NCBI GenBank assembly: GCA_032161105.1 | Contig: JAVHTD010000009.1 | DNA length: 64,000 nucleotides | Strand: one strand, 5' to 3' | Source: Candidatus Thermosaccharophagus tengchongensis | GTDB taxonomy: Bacteria > Armatimonadota > Fervidibacteria > Fervidibacterales > Thermosaccharophagaceae | Part shown: positions 9,935 through 19,682 of the stretch, piece after piece | How positions within the stretch are numbered: the first letter of the stretch is position 1 | Layout: each line of letters opens with the position of its first letter | Position numbers and translations under genes: made by a program | Notes under the pieces: model-generated | Database searches by the model: none | The model's input: only the letters and a program-made list of their open reading frames with translations | Told to the model about the DNA's origin: nothing

Positions 9935-10726
9935 ATGTTTGTGAAAGCCATATTGTGCAGGTTGCGCAGGGCTGTTAATTGGCACCTTAACACCATATGC
10001 TGTGCCATCTCTTTCCTCACGATTGTGCCGATGCCTCGCCCACACTCGGAAAGCGCCATCAAGATGTGCAGTTGGCTCTTTCCATTTGTCGGGTTGCTCA
10101 TTGGTGCTCTAATAGCCACGGTGGACAGCCTGCTTCTTCTGCTCATGCCCGAAAGCGCGACGAGTGCCATAACCGTCGGAATGCTTGCGGCTATCACTGG
10201 TGGACTTCACCTTGATGGGCTGGCAGATTTGGCGGATGCAATTGGCAGCCTTAAGGACAGGCGGGGGCAACTTGAAGTGATGCGTGATGCGCACATCGGC
10301 GCTTTGGGGGCTGCGAGTGTGTGCATTGTGCTGCTGTTAAAGTATGCCCTCATAGCCTCCGTTAATCCGCCTCTGAGGTGGGTTGCACTCTCGCTTGCGC
10401 CGATGCTCGGGAGGTATTGCGCTGCGCTATCAATGCTCCTCTTCCCGTATGCGCGCTCCGAAGATGGGATAGCCTTTCGCATGAGAGAACACAGGATGGA
10501 GCAACTCATCGCGGCAACGGCATACACAGTCATAGCAGTGCATGCTGCTGCAAGCTATGTCGGGCACATCAGCATGTGGTTGTGCATCGTGATCACCCTC
10601 CTCATTTCACTGCGATTGACGAAGAGGTTTGGTGGTCTGACCGGCGATTGCTATGGGGCGACGGTTGAAATATGTGAGACGGCATCGTTATTCGCCTTTG
10701 CCATGCTGCAAAAGGTTTTCCTGTGA
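9935..10726 (+). CDS. cobS: Adenosylcobinamide-GDP ribazoletransferase (cobalamin synthase)
   Basis: TGGLHLDGLADLAD, MRDAHIGALG, FGGLTGDCYGA. Confidence 0.95.
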   Translation: MFVKAILCRLRRAVNWHLNTICCAISFLTIVPMPRPHSESAIKMCSWLFPFVGLLIGALIATVDSLLLLLMPESATSAITVGMLAAITGGLHLDGLADLADAIGSLKDRRGQLEVMRDAHIGALGAASVCIVLLLKYALIASVNPPLRWVALSLAPMLGRYCAALSMLLFPYARSEDGIAFRMREHRMEQLIAATAYTVIAVHAAASYVGHISMWLCIVITLLISLRLTKRFGGLTGDCYGATVEICETASLFAFAMLQKVFL

Positions 10727-10875
10727 GTGTGAACGGAGCAATACCCAGTGTGCGCTATACTGGTAAAGGGTTTGCTTGACCAAAAGTGAGGGTTAATGGC
10801 GGGCAATCACGGTGCAGATAAGGTGCTTATAAACAGGGAAGGCGAATTAGCCACTTGCAGCGAGGAGTGAGTTCA

Positions 10876-11094
10876 ATGGAGTTCACCACGGAGCGAAGAA
10901 AGCGCTTTGATGGAGTTGAGGTTGAAATACTCGGAGAGACATATGAGCCCGGTAAGCCGCAGCCGGAAGGGGAGGGCGACTGGAAGAGCAAATTGCAGAC
11001 GATAGAGGAGATTGAGAAGTATCTCCGTTACGCTGAGCGCTACTGGTATAGCACCGAATGGTATGGCTCCGAGAAGCGCAAGACACCCGCTTAA
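10876..11094 (+). CDS. 72-aa hypothetical protein immediately preceding acsD
   Basis: SD GAGGAG at 10862-10867, ATG 10876; charged/aromatic protein-like composition. Confidence 0.7.
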   Translation: MEFTTERRKRFDGVEVEILGETYEPGKPQPEGEGDWKSKLQTIEEIEKYLRYAERYWYSTEWYGSEKRKTPA

Positions 11095-11145
11095 CCTGCA
11101 GCTGTCCATTCCTTGCCTCAGATGATGAAGCGCAATTGGGGGTGA

Positions 11146-12099
11146 ATGGCTGTGAGTTTAAACATCCCGAAGGAGACCTATGTCGGTCGGATAAGGGAAA
11201 TCACGATTGGCAGCGGTGATAAGGCGGTGAAAGTTGGCAACGAAGGCTGCCTACCGTTCTACACATTTGAGGGCGAGATGCCAAACCCGGTCCGCATAGC
11301 AATGGATGTGTATGACTATCCACCTGAGGGCTGGGCGCCTGCGTTGCTTGAAGTTTACGGTGATGTGCTCAACGACCCAATTGCGTGGGCGAAAAAATGC
11401 GTTGAGCAATTTGGCGCTGAGATGATTTGCCTCCAGCTTGCGAGCACTGACCCTTACGGGATGGATAGACCATCCGAGGAGGCGGCACGGATAGCAAAGC
11501 AAGTTGCTGATGCAATTGATGTGCCGCTCATAATCTGGGGGTGTGGCAACGAGGCAAAGGATGTAGAGACGCTGAGGCTTGTTTGCGAGCTGTGCGAGGG
11601 TAAGCGAGTGGTGGTGGGACCGGTCGTTGAAAAGATCTACGCAAAAGTTGGCGCGCAGGCGATAGCTTATGGGCAAGTTGTGGCAGCCTCCTCGCCAATT
11701 GACATTAACCTCGCAAAGCAACTTAACATACTGCTCTCCAACCTCGGCGTGCCGGATGAGCAAATTTTGATTGACCCGACCGTTGGCGGGCTTGGCTATG
11801 GGATTGAATACACATATTCGGTGATGGAACGCATCAGAATCGCAGCCCTGCTACACGAGGATGAGCGGCTTGCCTTCCCGATGATTTGCAATGTCGCAAA
11901 GGAAGTTTGGGGCACAAAGGAAGCCAAGTTGAGCGAGGAGGAAGCGCCACTGCTTGGAAAGGCGAAGGAAAGGGGTATCCTGATGGAAGCAATCACAGCA
12001 ATGCTGCTTGCGCTCGCCGGCGCTGATATACTCATCATGCGCCATCCTGACGCAGTTGAGCTTGTCCGGAAGGCTTTGAACGAATTGATGAATGCCTAA
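11146..12099 (+). CDS. acsD: Corrinoid iron-sulfur protein small subunit
   Basis: SPIDINLAKQLN, DPTVGGLGYGIEY, MERIRIAAL, LAGADILIMRHP. Confidence 0.95.
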   Translation: MAVSLNIPKETYVGRIREITIGSGDKAVKVGNEGCLPFYTFEGEMPNPVRIAMDVYDYPPEGWAPALLEVYGDVLNDPIAWAKKCVEQFGAEMICLQLASTDPYGMDRPSEEAARIAKQVADAIDVPLIIWGCGNEAKDVETLRLVCELCEGKRVVVGPVVEKIYAKVGAQAIAYGQVVAASSPIDINLAKQLNILLSNLGVPDEQILIDPTVGGLGYGIEYTYSVMERIRIAALLHEDERLAFPMICNVAKEVWGTKEAKLSEEEAPLLGKAKERGILMEAITAMLLALAGADILIMRHPDAVELVRKALNELMNA

Positions 12100-12150
12100 T
12101 TGCGCAAAGTGCCTTACGGCGCGATCAATCGGCAAAGGATGGTGATTGAG

Positions 12151-14094
12151 ATGCCTCAAAATAATTACAGCATAGACCCAGCAGTTGTTGAGCTCCTTGA
12201 GCGAGCAAAAAGGGACGGTGTAATGACAGCCTTTGACAGGGCTGAGGCAATGCGCCCATGCCCAATTGGAAGGGACGGAATATGCTGTAAGCTATGCGCT
12301 ATGGGACCGTGTCGCCTGGTTGCACGGAAGGGCGAGGAGCCACCGAGAGGGGTATGCGGTGCAACTCAGGACACAGTTGTGGCGAGGAACTACCTCCGAA
12401 TAGTGGCGGCTGGATGCGCCGCACATGCTGATCACGGGAGGGCTGCAGCCGAGCTTTTGCTTGCGGTAGCTAATGGTGAGACGAAGGACTACGAAATTAA
12501 GGACGAGATGAAGCTGATCAAGCTCGCCATGGACTTCGGGGTTGAGGTATCGGGGCGACGAATTGAGGACATAGCAAGGGATGTGGCGATGTTGGCGCTT
12601 GAGGAGTTTGGGAAGCAGGAGGGCGAATTGGCATTCATCAAGCGTGCACCATTGCGCCGCCAACAGCTTTGGCGAGAACTCGGCATTGTCCCGCGAGGCA
12701 TTGATAGGGAGATAACCGAAGCGTTGCACAGGACACACATGGGCACTGACCAAGATTACGAGAACTTGCTCATGCACGCTGCAAGGGTAGCGCTTGCCGA
12801 CGGCTGGGGTGGCTCAATGCTTGCAACCGAAATTCAGGATGTGCTTTTTGGCACTCCCTACCCAACCGTAAGCCAAGTCAACCTCGGCGTTTTAAAGCCA
12901 GACCATGTCAACATAATCGTGCACGGTCATGAGCCATTGCTCTCGGAAGTAGTCGTGCTCGCTTCAAGGGAGCCGAAGCTTGTAGAGCTCGCGAGGAGCA
13001 AGGGTGCAAAGGGAATCAACATAGCTGGTATATGTTGCACTGCCAATGAGGTGCTAATGCGCCATGGCATACCGTTAGCCGGAAACTTCCTGCAGCAAGA
13101 GGCTGCTCTCCTCACTGGCGTGGTTGATGTAATGGTTGTTGATGTGCAGTGCATAATGCAATCGCTGCCTGAGATAGCTGAATGCTATCACGGGCGCATC
13201 ATAACGACCTCACCGAGGGCGAAGATAAGGGGCGCAACACACATTGAATTCAACGAGCACAATGCGCTTGACTCCGCAAGGAAGCTCATTGAGATCGCAA
13301 TTGATGAGTTTGAAAAGCGCGGTGGGAATGGCTATGTGCCAAACTACGCCGTTGATTTGGTAGCCGGATTCAGTCATGAGACAATCACCTATCTGCTCGG
13401 CGGTCTGTTCAGGGCATCCTATCGCCCATTGAATGACAACATCATCAACGGGCGCATAAGAGGGGTTGCCGGCGTAGTTGGATGCAACAATCCGAGAGTG
13501 ACTCAGGACAGCGCCATTGTGACGCTCGTAAAGGAACTCATAAAGAACGATGTTCTCGTCCTTGAGACGGGCTGCGCGGCTATGGCGTGTGCGAAAGCCG
13601 GATTGATGAACCCAGATGAAGCCCTGAAATATACAGGCGATGGTCTTGGTGAGGTCTGTGAGGCGGTTGGCATACCGCCAGTCCTTCATATGGGTTCGTG
13701 CGTTGACAACAGCCGAATATTGATTGCAGCAACAGCGATGGTCAAGGAGGGCGGCTTGGGCGATGACATAAGCGACCTACCCGCAGCCGGTGCAGCACCG
13801 GAATGGATGTCGGAAAAGGCGATAGCCATAGGCATGTATTTCGTTGCGTCGGGCGTCTTCACAGTTTTCGGTGTTCACTATCCGACGCTCGGAAATGAGG
13901 CTGTCTCCAACTGGCTCTTTAGGGATATGGAAAAGCTGTTCAAGGCAAGGTGGGCTTTTGAGCCAGACCCTGAGGAGATGGCGAAATTGATGATCAACCA
14001 CATTGACCAGAAGCGCAAGGCACTCGGCATTGATAAGGCGAGGGAGCGAATACTGTTTGACATGGCCATGAGGCGGCAGTTGGAGGCGGTTTAA
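12151..14094 (+). CDS. cooS: Anaerobic Ni,Fe carbon monoxide dehydrogenase catalytic subunit (AcsA)
   Basis: D/B-cluster CPIG..GICCKLCAMGPC and CG; C-cluster ligands in HGHEP, GICCTANE, DVQC, GCNN, TGCAA, GSCVDNSR; catalytic AHADH and MSEKA. Confidence 0.97.
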   Translation: MPQNNYSIDPAVVELLERAKRDGVMTAFDRAEAMRPCPIGRDGICCKLCAMGPCRLVARKGEEPPRGVCGATQDTVVARNYLRIVAAGCAAHADHGRAAAELLLAVANGETKDYEIKDEMKLIKLAMDFGVEVSGRRIEDIARDVAMLALEEFGKQEGELAFIKRAPLRRQQLWRELGIVPRGIDREITEALHRTHMGTDQDYENLLMHAARVALADGWGGSMLATEIQDVLFGTPYPTVSQVNLGVLKPDHVNIIVHGHEPLLSEVVVLASREPKLVELARSKGAKGINIAGICCTANEVLMRHGIPLAGNFLQQEAALLTGVVDVMVVDVQCIMQSLPEIAECYHGRIITTSPRAKIRGATHIEFNEHNALDSARKLIEIAIDEFEKRGGNGYVPNYAVDLVAGFSHETITYLLGGLFRASYRPLNDNIINGRIRGVAGVVGCNNPRVTQDSAIVTLVKELIKNDVLVLETGCAAMACAKAGLMNPDEALKYTGDGLGEVCEAVGIPPVLHMGSCVDNSRILIAATAMVKEGGLGDDISDLPAAGAAPEWMSEKAIAIGMYFVASGVFTVFGVHYPTLGNEAVSNWLFRDMEKLFKARWAFEPDPEEMAKLMINHIDQKRKALGIDKARERILFDMAMRRQLEAV

Positions 14095-14182
14095 AGGGTT
14101 ACATGGATGCCAAATTTGTGGCTGGTCAAAGAAGCATTTGAAAGGCAGCCCATGAGCAGCGCCTGTGGGGAGGGGATATGCG

Positions 14183-16387
14183 ATGTCAAAGTTGATTTGC
14201 TCTGCAGCAATCAGGGGCGCACATAAGATAGTGGCGAGGGCTGAACAAAAGTGGCGAGAGGCGATGGATAGGTGGGGGGCTAAGCAGGAAGTCGGCTTTC
14301 CAAACACAGCATATTACTTGCCAATCATCTACGGCATAACTGGCATCGCTGTCAAAACGCTCGGCGACATGGAGCAAGTCCTTAAGCTGTGCAGGAGATT
14401 GCTCCCGCCGCCGGTCAGGGAGAAGGTGCACCTTCCGTATCTTGCGCCGGCGCTTGATGCTGGCATGGCTACATTCTTCGCTGAGGAGATAATTGAGGCG
14501 ATCAAGTATCTTGAGAATCCGAACATGTATGTTGCGAGCGCGGAAGAGCCAACCGATGAGAACATCTGGCTCGGTGCAGCCGATGATATCATCATGCGAA
14601 AGAGGGGCGTTGAATTCGTTGATGGAACTGCGCCCGGCTTCGCGGCGATACTCGGTGCACCGCCGGATGTTGATACAGCGGTTCGCATAGCCAGAGAGCT
14701 TCAGGAGAAGAACCTGTATGTCTTCATGTGCTCGGATAACAACGGCGTGAGGATGGCTGAGCAACTTGTGGAAGCCGGCGTGCAAATTGGATGGACGACA
14801 AGGCTTGTTCCATTTGGTCCGGATACCTCGGCGACCGTCTTCTCAATCGGCTTTGCCACGAGGGTCGCAATGGCATTTGGTGGTATAAAGCCCGGCGAGT
14901 ATAGGCGCATCCTCATCTACAACAAGGATAGGGTTTTTGCGTTTGTCCTTGCGCTTGGCTTTGTGACCGACGAATGGTATGCTAATGCGGCTGGGGCAAT
15001 AAATTGGGGCTTCCCGACGATAGCCGACACACCCATACCGCAAGTTCTCCCGACGGGCATTTGCACATACGAACATGTTGTCTCAAATGTGCCACACTCG
15101 GAGATCGTTTCAAAGGCAATTGAGGTGCGCGGTCTCAAGGTGACTGTGACCAAGGTGCCAGTGCCAGTTGCCTATGGACCAGCGTTCGAAGGCGAGAGGG
15201 TGCGTAAGGCTGATCTGTATGTTGAATTTGGTGGCAATAGGTCGCTTGCACTTGAACTTTGCAGGATGCGGCGCATGGATGAAGTGCAAGACGGCAAGAT
15301 TGAGATCGTCGGTCCAGACATTGATACTGCCGAAGAGGGCGGTGCAATGCCGCTCGCAATACTCGTTGAGATTGCCGGAAGGAGGATGCAGGAGGACTTT
15401 GAGCCGATACTTGAGCGTCAGATACATCACTTCATCAACTACGCTCAGGGCATCTTCCACATGGGGCAGCGTGATATAGTTTGGTTGCGCATAAGCAAGG
15501 GCGCATTCAATCAGGGCTTCAGGCTCAGACACATTGGAGAGATACTACACGCAAGGTTCCATCAGGACTTTGGAAACATTCTGGACAAGGTTCAAATCAC
15601 CATATTCACCAACGAGGAGGATGTGCGCAGGTTGCTTGATGAGGCACGGGCAATATACCATGCAAGGGATGCGCGCATGGAGGGCATGAGAGATGAGGAT
15701 GTGGACATATTCTACTCGTGTGTGCTCTGTCAATCATTTGCGCCAACGCATGTCTGCGTCATAAGCCCAGAGCGCCCGGGATTGTGCGGCGCATACACAT
15801 GGCTTGATGCGAAGGCAATGTATGAAGTCAATCCGGAGGGACCAAACCAACCAGTCCAATATGGTGAGTGCATAGACCCGCTCAAGGGTGCATGGAAAGG
15901 CGTGAACGAGTTCGTTAAGAAAGCCTCAAGGGGTGCAATTGATGGCTATAACTTCTACAGCGTTGTGGATAGCCCTATGACAACATGCGGTTGCTGTGAG
16001 TGCATAACTGCTGTCTTGCCGTTGTGCAACGGCGTCATGACTGTAAACCGAGAATACATGGGCATGACGCCGTGCGGTATGAAGTTCACGACGCTCGCCG
16101 GAACAATCGGCGGTGGAGTCAGCACGCCGGGGTTCGTCGGGCATGCGAAGATTTGGATTGTGCAAAGGAAGTGGCTTCAAGGTGATGGCGGGATAAAGAG
16201 GCTCGTTTGGATGCCCAAGATGTTGAAGGAGGAGCTCGGTGAGAGGTTGGTCAAGCGCCTCGCCGAAGTCGGGATGTCGGTTGACATGATTGCCGACGAG
16301 ACAGTCGGCACTACCGAAGAGGAGATATTGCCATACCTGCAGGAGAAAGGGCATCCGGCGCTCGAGATGCCGCCGATAATTGGGTGA
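14183..16387 (+). CDS. acsB: Acetyl-CoA synthase (bacterial type with N-terminal domain)
   Basis: FPNTAYYLP, GPAFEGERVR, GQRD, A-cluster CVLCQSFAPTHVC, PERPGLCGA, PMTTCGC, RLVWMPK. Confidence 0.97.
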   Translation: MSKLICSAAIRGAHKIVARAEQKWREAMDRWGAKQEVGFPNTAYYLPIIYGITGIAVKTLGDMEQVLKLCRRLLPPPVREKVHLPYLAPALDAGMATFFAEEIIEAIKYLENPNMYVASAEEPTDENIWLGAADDIIMRKRGVEFVDGTAPGFAAILGAPPDVDTAVRIARELQEKNLYVFMCSDNNGVRMAEQLVEAGVQIGWTTRLVPFGPDTSATVFSIGFATRVAMAFGGIKPGEYRRILIYNKDRVFAFVLALGFVTDEWYANAAGAINWGFPTIADTPIPQVLPTGICTYEHVVSNVPHSEIVSKAIEVRGLKVTVTKVPVPVAYGPAFEGERVRKADLYVEFGGNRSLALELCRMRRMDEVQDGKIEIVGPDIDTAEEGGAMPLAILVEIAGRRMQEDFEPILERQIHHFINYAQGIFHMGQRDIVWLRISKGAFNQGFRLRHIGEILHARFHQDFGNILDKVQITIFTNEEDVRRLLDEARAIYHARDARMEGMRDEDVDIFYSCVLCQSFAPTHVCVISPERPGLCGAYTWLDAKAMYEVNPEGPNQPVQYGECIDPLKGAWKGVNEFVKKASRGAIDGYNFYSVVDSPMTTCGCCECITAVLPLCNGVMTVNREYMGMTPCGMKFTTLAGTIGGGVSTPGFVGHAKIWIVQRKWLQGDGGIKRLVWMPKMLKEELGERLVKRLAEVGMSVDMIADETVGTTEEEILPYLQEKGHPALEMPPIIG

Positions 16388-16420
16388 TGCAGACCGAATG
16401 ATGTAGAGGGGGCATGAGAT

Positions 16421-17776
16421 ATGCCATTGAGTGGCATTGAGATATTCAAGCTGCTTCCAAAAAAGAACTGCGGTGAGTGTGGCGTGCCAACATGCCTTGC
16501 ATTTGCAATGAACTTGGCGCAGGGCAAGGCTGAACTTGATGCATGCCCATACATCTCCGATGAGGCAAGGGAAAAGCTGGCTGAGGTTGCTGCACCTCCA
16601 ATTAGGGAAGTTGTCATAGGCAGTGATGGCAGAGTTGTGAAAGTCGGCGGTGAAACCGTCCTCTTCAGGCACGAGAAGACATTCGTCAACCCGCCCGGAA
16701 TAGCCATGCTCATCAGCGATACGATGGACGATAGCGAAATTGATGCTCGCATTGACAGGATCAACAGCATGGTCTATGACAGAGCCGGATTCATATTGCG
16801 CCCTGAGATAGCCGCGCTGCGCTGCGACTCCGGCAGCAAGGAAAGGTTCACCGATGTAGTCGGGCGGATCATCAGCAGTTCAGATTGCAGCATCATGCTC
16901 ATCAGCTATGACCCATCAATTCAATGTGCTGCGCTTGAGGTATGCAAAGCGAAGCGCCCGCTAATTTACGCCGCCACCAGTGAGAACATTGATGAGATGA
17001 TGGAGCTGGCAAAGGAGTATGCATGTCCGCTGGCTGTAAAGGGGAATGGCTTGAGCGAAGTTGCGAGGTTGACATCAACAGCCATTCAAGCCGGCTTAAA
17101 GGACCTCCTAATTGACACCGGCGCACGCTCGCTCAAGGAGGCTTTCGTGCATCACATAATGCTGAGGAGGGGCGCCCTCATAGGCAAGATTAGGGAGCTT
17201 GGCTTCCCGACGGTTGTCATGGCGTGCGAAATGAGCGACGACCTTTTGATGCAGACGCTCATTGGGGCGATATTCATTGCCAAGTATGGCGGCATAATTG
17301 TCCTCTCGGATTTCCAAGGGCACTCGCTTTATCCGCTCCTGCTTGCGAGGATGAACATTTACACAGACCCGAGAAAGCCGCTTGCAGTTGAAGAGGGCAT
17401 CTACGAGATAGGAAAGCCAACGGAAGAATCGCCCGTGCTGCTGACCTGCAACTTTTCTCTCACATACTTCCTCGTCTCAACCGAGATAGAAAACAGCCGA
17501 GTGCCATCATGGTTGCTGGTCAAGGATACCGAGGGGCTTTCGGTGATGACCGCATGGGCTGGCGGCAAATTCACAGCGGATGTGATTGCTCCATTCATCA
17601 AGAAGTGCGGCATTGAGAGCAGAGTTAAGCACCGCAAGCTGATCATACCGGGCTATCTTGCACCCGAGAGCGGCGCGCTTGAAGAGGAACTTGGCGGTGA
17701 ATGGGAGATACTTGTCGGTCCAAGAGAAGCAGCAAACATACCTGCATATTTGCGCACCGTCTGGCAAGCTGCCTGA
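16421..17776 (+). CDS. acsC: Corrinoid iron-sulfur protein large subunit
   Basis: LPKKNCGECGVPTCLAFA [4Fe-4S] domain, GGETVLFRHEKTF, NIYTDPRKP, NFSLTYF, GPREA. Confidence 0.97.
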   Translation: MPLSGIEIFKLLPKKNCGECGVPTCLAFAMNLAQGKAELDACPYISDEAREKLAEVAAPPIREVVIGSDGRVVKVGGETVLFRHEKTFVNPPGIAMLISDTMDDSEIDARIDRINSMVYDRAGFILRPEIAALRCDSGSKERFTDVVGRIISSSDCSIMLISYDPSIQCAALEVCKAKRPLIYAATSENIDEMMELAKEYACPLAVKGNGLSEVARLTSTAIQAGLKDLLIDTGARSLKEAFVHHIMLRRGALIGKIRELGFPTVVMACEMSDDLLMQTLIGAIFIAKYGGIIVLSDFQGHSLYPLLLARMNIYTDPRKPLAVEEGIYEIGKPTEESPVLLTCNFSLTYFLVSTEIENSRVPSWLLVKDTEGLSVMTAWAGGKFTADVIAPFIKKCGIESRVKHRKLIIPGYLAPESGALEEELGGEWEILVGPREAANIPAYLRTVWQAA

Positions 17777-17939
17777 GGTCAATGCAACCTCGTCATAAAG
17801 GTTGCTGAATGCGAATTGAAGGGTGCCCTATGTGGGGCGGGATCTTCCATTGCAGTTAACTCCGCGCCTTAAGTGAGCTTGTTTGGCGATGGCTATATTG
17901 CACGGGCGGGAAAATCGCCCTATGCAGGGGTGGTGAGAG

Positions 17940-18818
17940 ATGATCCTTGTGGGTGAGAACATCAACATCATGTCAAAGACGATAGGGGCTGCGATAAGAA
18001 ATCGCGATGCGGCTACAATACAGCAGCTTGCAAGGCAGCAAGCGGGAGCCGGGATGGATTACCTTGACCTCAACATTGGGCCGGCGAGGAGAGACGGTCC
18101 CGAGCTTATGGAGTGGATAGTTAAGACGGTGCAAGAGGTCGTTGAATTGCCGCTGTCACTTGATACAACGAATCCGGATGCAATGGAAGCCGGCTTGAAG
18201 GTGCACCGTGGTAAGGCGATCATCAACTCAATCTCACTTCAACCGGAGAGGCTTGAGAGGATGCTTCCACTTGCCAAGCAATATGGCGCTGCAGTTGTCG
18301 GACTGCTGTGGGGCACCGAGGGAATGCCGAGGGATGCGGATGACCGTGCCGCATTATGCGTTGAACTTGTCCAAAGGGTTATGGATGCCGGCGTCCCGCC
18401 GGAGGACATCCTGATTGACCCCATTGTCACACCAGTTTCAGCCGACATAGGGCAGGTGATTGCGGTAGTTGAGTTCATGAGCGCCTTTAAGGACCTTGCG
18501 CCCGGATGCAAGTCCATCGTCGGCTTATCAAATGTCTCCAATGGAACTCCAACTGAGCTGCGCCCACATTTGAATCGTGCATACCTTGCGATGCTCATGA
18601 AGTATGGCTTAGATGCGGCGATAGTCAACGCTTTTGATGAGGAGTTGGTTAAGCTCGCAAGGGGTGAGATGCCGGAGATACTGAACTTGGTTCACCGCAT
18701 AATGGATGGCGAAAGATTTGATGTGAACGAGTTGCCCGAGAAAGAGCGCATATACGCAAAGACGACGCTTGTGCTCATGGGAAAAGTCGTTTACTCGCAC
18801 TCGTGGCTTGAAGCCTGA
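17940..18818 (+). CDS. acsE: Methyltetrahydrofolate:corrinoid/iron-sulfur protein methyltransferase
   Basis: Pterin-binding TIM barrel: GENIN, LDLNIG, LSLDTTN, IINSIS, IDP, GLSNVS; follows acsC. Confidence 0.9.
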   Translation: MILVGENINIMSKTIGAAIRNRDAATIQQLARQQAGAGMDYLDLNIGPARRDGPELMEWIVKTVQEVVELPLSLDTTNPDAMEAGLKVHRGKAIINSISLQPERLERMLPLAKQYGAAVVGLLWGTEGMPRDADDRAALCVELVQRVMDAGVPPEDILIDPIVTPVSADIGQVIAVVEFMSAFKDLAPGCKSIVGLSNVSNGTPTELRPHLNRAYLAMLMKYGLDAAIVNAFDEELVKLARGEMPEILNLVHRIMDGERFDVNELPEKERIYAKTTLVLMGKVVYSHSWLEA

Positions 18819-18929
18819 GCCGAGTTCCGTGCACCATTTGAGTAATGCTAAACATCCATGTTGGGATCGGAAACACAAGACGCAATTTGCGCTTCTAACT
18901 TAAGCCTCTAATTTTGGGCTGTAAGAGCC

Positions 18930-19589
18930 GTGAGGGTGATGATGCCATTCAACACCATCCCAAAGGATGAGCATGAGGGGCACAAAATAGCCTATGAACT
19001 CTCAAAGGAAGGCTTGAGGGCGCTTGATATCAAACTGCAATGTGAACTTGCTGGTGCGCACTTTGTTGAGGGGGAGCGTAAAGCTCGCCTGAAGCTGCTC
19101 GGTGATGTCTACGAAATTTCGCTTCCTGATTGCGATGTCAGGTGTGTGACGGATGAGGATGCACCAATCCACCTGAAGATACTCGCATTGCACTACCTCA
19201 CACAAGCCACCGGTAAGCCGCTCACAGGCAGGTTGATTGACTTTAGGGAATTGCCCGGCGGGATCGCTTACCATGTGAGCTTTGATAGCCGCGTGAAGAA
19301 GCCGCTAATAAACGCATTTGGTGATGACGATGGGAGCAAGTTGCGCCAAGCTGCTATGCGCCTTGATGCGGAAGATGTGAACTACGGCGATGTCGGATTG
19401 AGGATATGGGCGCTACCGAAGGTGCCAATCATAATCGCCTTCTGGGCAGCAGATGAGGAGATGCCGGCGAGCATCAGCATCCTCTTTGACTCATCCATAT
19501 CGGACTATCTTACAACCGAGGATGTGGCAGTCCTCGGCGAGCACTTAGCCGAGAAACTCATAACCGCAGCTAAAACGATGCAGCGGTAA
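18930..19589 (+). CDS. DUF3786-type protein associated with CODH/ACS clusters
   Basis: ILALHYL, FRELPGG..Y, LPKVPI..FW.ADEEMPA..SILFD, TEDVAVL. Confidence 0.85.
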   Translation: MRVMMPFNTIPKDEHEGHKIAYELSKEGLRALDIKLQCELAGAHFVEGERKARLKLLGDVYEISLPDCDVRCVTDEDAPIHLKILALHYLTQATGKPLTGRLIDFRELPGGIAYHVSFDSRVKKPLINAFGDDDGSKLRQAAMRLDAEDVNYGDVGLRIWALPKVPIIIAFWAADEEMPASISILFDSSISDYLTTEDVAVLGEHLAEKLITAAKTMQR

Positions 19590-19682
19590 AATTTTGATTC
19601 CCTGTGAGATGGCCGGGGCTAATTCAAAGCCGCTGAATGTGGACGATTTCAGCCGTTTGAGTGAAGGGGGCGAAATGACAAG

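Noticed and set aside
9502..10197. Long antisense ORFs (also 21796-22548, 34016-34813, 37053-37730)
   Set aside because: Shadows of well-supported genes on the opposite strand, with no motifs
17782..17810. Hairpin GCAACCT...AGGTTGC after acsC as a terminator
   Set aside because: No U-tract and it lies inside a co-directional cluster; function cannot be supported
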